Positions 61,094-64,000 of a stretch of 64,000 bases of DNA are shown one piece after another. The stretch lies in assembly GCA_025558095.1 (NCBI GenBank), contig JAIVFI010000001.1, positions 248,001 through 312,000 of the forward strand. Reading direction: 5' to 3'. Below the pieces are notes generated by a model. It had not been told where the DNA came from, searched no databases, and saw nothing but the letters and a program-made list of their open reading frames with translations. The stretch is from Hyaloraphidium curvatum SAG 235-1 (lineage: Eukaryota; Fungi; Monoblepharomycota). Both the position numbers and the translations under genes were made by a program. Within the stretch, counting starts at the first letter, position 1. Every line of letters starts with the position of its first letter.

Positions 61094-64000
61094 TCACCCC
61101 CCCCCAACCGCCGCGTAGGACCCGGCTTGTCCGGAAAGCGGCGGTGAAAGTCGGCAACGGCGTCGGGGGCGTGCTGGAGGTGCTCCCACGGTTCCCATGA
61201 GCGCTCCGATGGAGGAAAGTCCTTCCAGTCCACCAAGTACTGCAAGTGATTGCGGAATCGGCGGGAATCCAGGATCTGGTTAACCTCGTACTCGGGTTCG
61301 CCGTCAATGATGTCCGGGGGTGGAGTCTCTGCGACGCGGCCGGGAAAATCGGCGGTGTCCGAGGGAGTATAGGGTTCGAGAAGCGAGACGTGAAAAACGT
61401 CATGAATGCCCATCGTGGGCGGAAGATCCAATCGAAACGCAACGGGATTGATCTGCTCCTTAATGCGGTAGGGCCCGAGGTAGCGAACGTCGAGCTTGCG
61501 AGACGGTCGACGCGTACGAATATTGCGCGCCGATAGCCAAGCACGGTCGCCGACGCGGAAAACGGGAGCATCCTCACGACTGACGTCTGCGGAGTCTTTG
61601 TAGCGTTCCTGGGCCCGCTGGAGGTTCTCGCGAAGGACGTCGTGGAGGGCGCGAAGCTCCCGGATGCGTTCCTCGGCGGCGGGAACGCGCGGCGCGTCGG
61701 GTGCTAAAACGTCGGCTCGCGGGTCGTAACCGTAGTTGGCGCGGAAAGGCGACATGCCAATGCTGGCGTGCACCGAGTTGTTGTACGCGAACTCGGCGAG
61801 CGGGAGCTGATTGAACCAGTCGTCCTGGGCGTAATTGACGTAGGTCCGGAGGTACTGCTCCAAAATCTGATTGATGCGCTCCGTCTGGCCGTCCGACTCG
61901 GGGTGCGCGGCCGAGGAGCGGTAAAGCTTGATGTCCATGAGTCCAAGAAGCCTTTCCCAGAATTTGGCGATGAATTGCGGTCCGCGGTCGCTGACGATGT
62001 CGAAGGGGAAGCCGTGGAGGCGGAATATTTCGCGAAGGAAGAGCCGAGCGGTGTCGTCGGCGGAGAAGTCCTTCCGCGCGCCAGCGAAATGAGCCTGCTT
62101 GGTCGACCGATCGGCCACGACGAGCACGGCGTCGAATCCCTCGGACTGGGGCAGGTCGGTGACGAAGTCCATACTGATCGAACGCCAAGGTCCGTCCGGG
62201 ATTGGAAGTGGCTGGAGAAGGCCGTGCGGGGCATGGCGCGGGGCCTTGGTTCGCGTGCACGTCTCGCAGCTCCGAATGTAGCGGGCGACGGTGTCCCAAA
62301 CACGCGGCCACCAAAAATCTCGCAATATGAGCTCCACAGTCTTGCGAATTCCGAAGTGGCCGGCAGTAACGGCATCGTGACGGGTTCGGAGAAGCTCCGT
62401 CCGAGACTTGCCGACCGGCACGAAGATGAGACCGTCGCGGTAGAGAACGCCATCGAGAAGATGGAAACGAGAAACGGACGCGTCGTGAGCCTCCAGAAGA
62501 GCGATAATGCGACGGGCGAATGGGTCCTTGGCCGTATCGCGACGGATCATGTCCAGGAAATCCAACGAAGTCGCGTGGAGCGCGGCGACCAGGTGCGGCC
62601 CGAGGAGCGTGACGCGCTGTTGCGTAGAGACATCGTCGAAGTTGCCCGGAACGTAGTCGGAGCGGCGAGAAAGCGCGTCGGCGACGACTTGATCGGTGCC
62701 GGGTCGATGCTTCAAAACAAAGTCGTAGCCCGCGAGGGTCATGGCCCATCGAGCCTGACGGCGATTGAGCATCTGCTGCTTCATGAAGTACTCCAGGTTC
62801 TTGTGGTCCGTGAAGACGTCGACTTTATGCGGGCTACCCTCGAGGTATCGCCGCCACGCCTTGAACGCGTCGACAACTGCGAGTAGCTCCTTGTCGTAGA
62901 TCGGGTAGTTGATCTCCGCCGGCTGGAACTTCCGGGAATGAAACGCCACGGGATGCATAAGCCCGTCGTTGGGGGCGGGCTGCGACAGCACGGCTCCGAG
63001 GGCGAAGTCGGAAGCATCTGCCTCAACTGTGTACGGAACGGCTGGATCGGCGTTACGCAGGAACGGAGCCGAAGTGAAAGCGGATTTGAGCGCATCGAAG
63101 GCTGCGCGAGCTTCCGGCGTGAAACGGAACGGATCGCCCGGCTTGAGCTTAGTGAGGTCCGTGAGCGGAAGTGTGATCTGCGCGTAGTCCTTGATGAAGC
63201 AGCGGTAGAAGTTGGCAAAGCCGAGGAAGCTTTGGAGCTGGCGAAGGGTCGCAGGCTCGGGCCATGAGGTGATGGACTCGACCTTGGAGGGGTCCATGAT
63301 GACCTTGCCGTCGCCCACGATGAACCCGGCGTACTCGACGGTCGTAACATCGAACGAACACTTGGAGAGCTTCGCGTACAGGTGGTTGTCCCGGAGGCGC
63401 TGCAGAACCTGGCGCACATGCCCCGCGTGATCGGCTTCGTTCTCTGAGAAGATCAAGATGTCGTCGAGGTAGATCGCGACGAAGATGTCGAGTACGTCAT
63501 GGAAGATGCTGTGCATGAAGCGCTGGAAGATGGCCGGCGCATTCATGAGGCCCATGGGCATGACGAGGTACTCGAACTGGCCGTAGCGGGTGCGGAAAGC
63601 CGTCTTCCACTCGTCTCCTTCGCGGACGCGAATCTGACGGTAGGCTTCGCGGAGATCCAGCTTGGTGAAGATCTTGGCACGGGAGAGGCGGTCCAGAAGG
63701 TCGGAAATGAGCGGGATCGGGTAGCGGTCTCGCTTCGTGATCCGGTTGAGACCGCGGTAATCCTCGCAGACGCGAAGCCCGCCGTCCTTCTTCTTTGCAA
63801 AGATGACTGGAACCCCGCTCGGAGAATCCGAAGGGCGGAGACGCCCCGATGCGGAAAGCTCTTCGATGTGCTTCCGGAGTGCCTCGGATTCGACTTCGGA
63901 GAGGCCGTGGAGACGTCCAGAAGGAGGGACTGCCCCTTCTTCGAGTTCGATTGCGCAATCGAAACCGGGACGATGCGGCGGCAGTGACGATGCAGGCTTG
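61021..64000 (-). CDS. pol: Pol polyprotein (RT, RNase H, integrase, chromodomain), open to the window edge
   Basis: LPPHRP, LRVCEDYRGLN, KTAFRTRYG, YLDD, DASDFALGAVL, H…GH…CETC, SMDFVTDLP, SDRGPQF, DGQTER, YLGPY, YEVNQILDSR…YLVDWKD. Confidence 0.96.
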   Translation of the reverse strand, partial: KPASSLPPHRPGFDCAIELEEGAVPPSGRLHGLSEVESEALRKHIEELSASGRLRPSDSPSGVPVIFAKKKDGGLRVCEDYRGLNRITKRDRYPIPLISDLLDRLSRAKIFTKLDLREAYRQIRVREGDEWKTAFRTRYGQFEYLVMPMGLMNAPAIFQRFMHSIFHDVLDIFVAIYLDDILIFSENEADHAGHVRQVLQRLRDNHLYAKLSKCSFDVTTVEYAGFIVGDGKVIMDPSKVESITSWPEPATLRQLQSFLGFANFYRCFIKDYAQITLPLTDLTKLKPGDPFRFTPEARAAFDALKSAFTSAPFLRNADPAVPYTVEADASDFALGAVLSQPAPNDGLMHPVAFHSRKFQPAEINYPIYDKELLAVVDAFKAWRRYLEGSPHKVDVFTDHKNLEYFMKQQMLNRRQARWAMTLAGYDFVLKHRPGTDQVVADALSRRSDYVPGNFDDVSTQQRVTLLGPHLVAALHATSLDFLDMIRRDTAKDPFARRIIALLEAHDASVSRFHLLDGVLYRDGLIFVPVGKSRTELLRTRHDAVTAGHFGIRKTVELILRDFWWPRVWDTVARYIRSCETCTRTKAPRHAPHGLLQPLPIPDGPWRSISMDFVTDLPQSEGFDAVLVVADRSTKQAHFAGARKDFSADDTARLFLREIFRLHGFPFDIVSDRGPQFIAKFWERLLGLMDIKLYRSSAAHPESDGQTERINQILEQYLRTYVNYAQDDWFNQLPLAEFAYNNSVHASIGMSPFRANYGYDPRADVLAPDAPRVPAAEERIRELRALHDVLRENLQRAQERYKDSADVSREDAPVFRVGDRAWLSARNIRTRRPSRKLDVRYLGPYRIKEQINPVAFRLDLPPTMGIHDVFHVSLLEPYTPSDTADFPGRVAETPPPDIIDGEPEYEVNQILDSRRFRNHLQYLVDWKDFPPSERSWEPWEHLQHAPDAVADFHRRFPDKPGPTRRLGGGDVTRRRRGKGDGGPRRGKTRRSAV

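Larger units (their letters stand above)
60963..64000 (-). mobile_element. Ty3/gypsy chromovirus (Tf/Tcn1-like), 5' part outside window
   Basis: Uninterrupted RT-RNaseH-integrase-chromodomain frame plus PPT and LTR. Confidence 0.95.

Overview
GC-rich eukaryotic, most likely fungal, genomic DNA with short GT-AG introns. The 5.8S variant TCGCAACGATG and a fungal-type transcription factor domain suggest a zoosporic/chytrid-grade fungus, possibly a monoblepharid; that placement is inference. From left to right: (1) 1-~8.0 kb, a Ty3/gypsy chromovirus-type retrotransposon with two extra ORFs after the integrase; (2) 8.17-13.95 kb, one complete minus-strand rDNA unit (18S-ITS1-5.8S-ITS2-28S) with no visible introns; (3) 14.8-25.4 kb, spacer subrepeats and a ~10 kb imperfect palindrome (two ~4 kb inverted arms) around a small spliced gene; (4) 27.5-42.8 kb, a candidate 7TM chemoreceptor-like membrane protein, an SDR, a head-to-head pair of Cys-less pentameric ligand-gated ion channel genes with an extra TM helix and a DxDGDG tail, a C2H2 factor, an LTA4H/M1 aminopeptidase and an MFS transporter; (5) 42.9-57.6 kb, a compact cluster of membrane-anchored glycan-modifying genes (methyltransferase, GT25 x2, GT17, GT2, GT92) with a sequon-rich type I surface protein and a fungal TF; (6) 57.8-61.0 kb, a second, apparently identical copy of the surface-protein gene; (7) 61.0-64 kb, an apparently intact chromovirus with a 131-bp LTR inserted into the duplicated GT92 3' end. 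The best candidates for an undescribed system are the glycosylation cluster, the atypical pLGIC pair and the cargo-carrying retrotransposon. All family calls come from motif recognition by eye; no searches were run.
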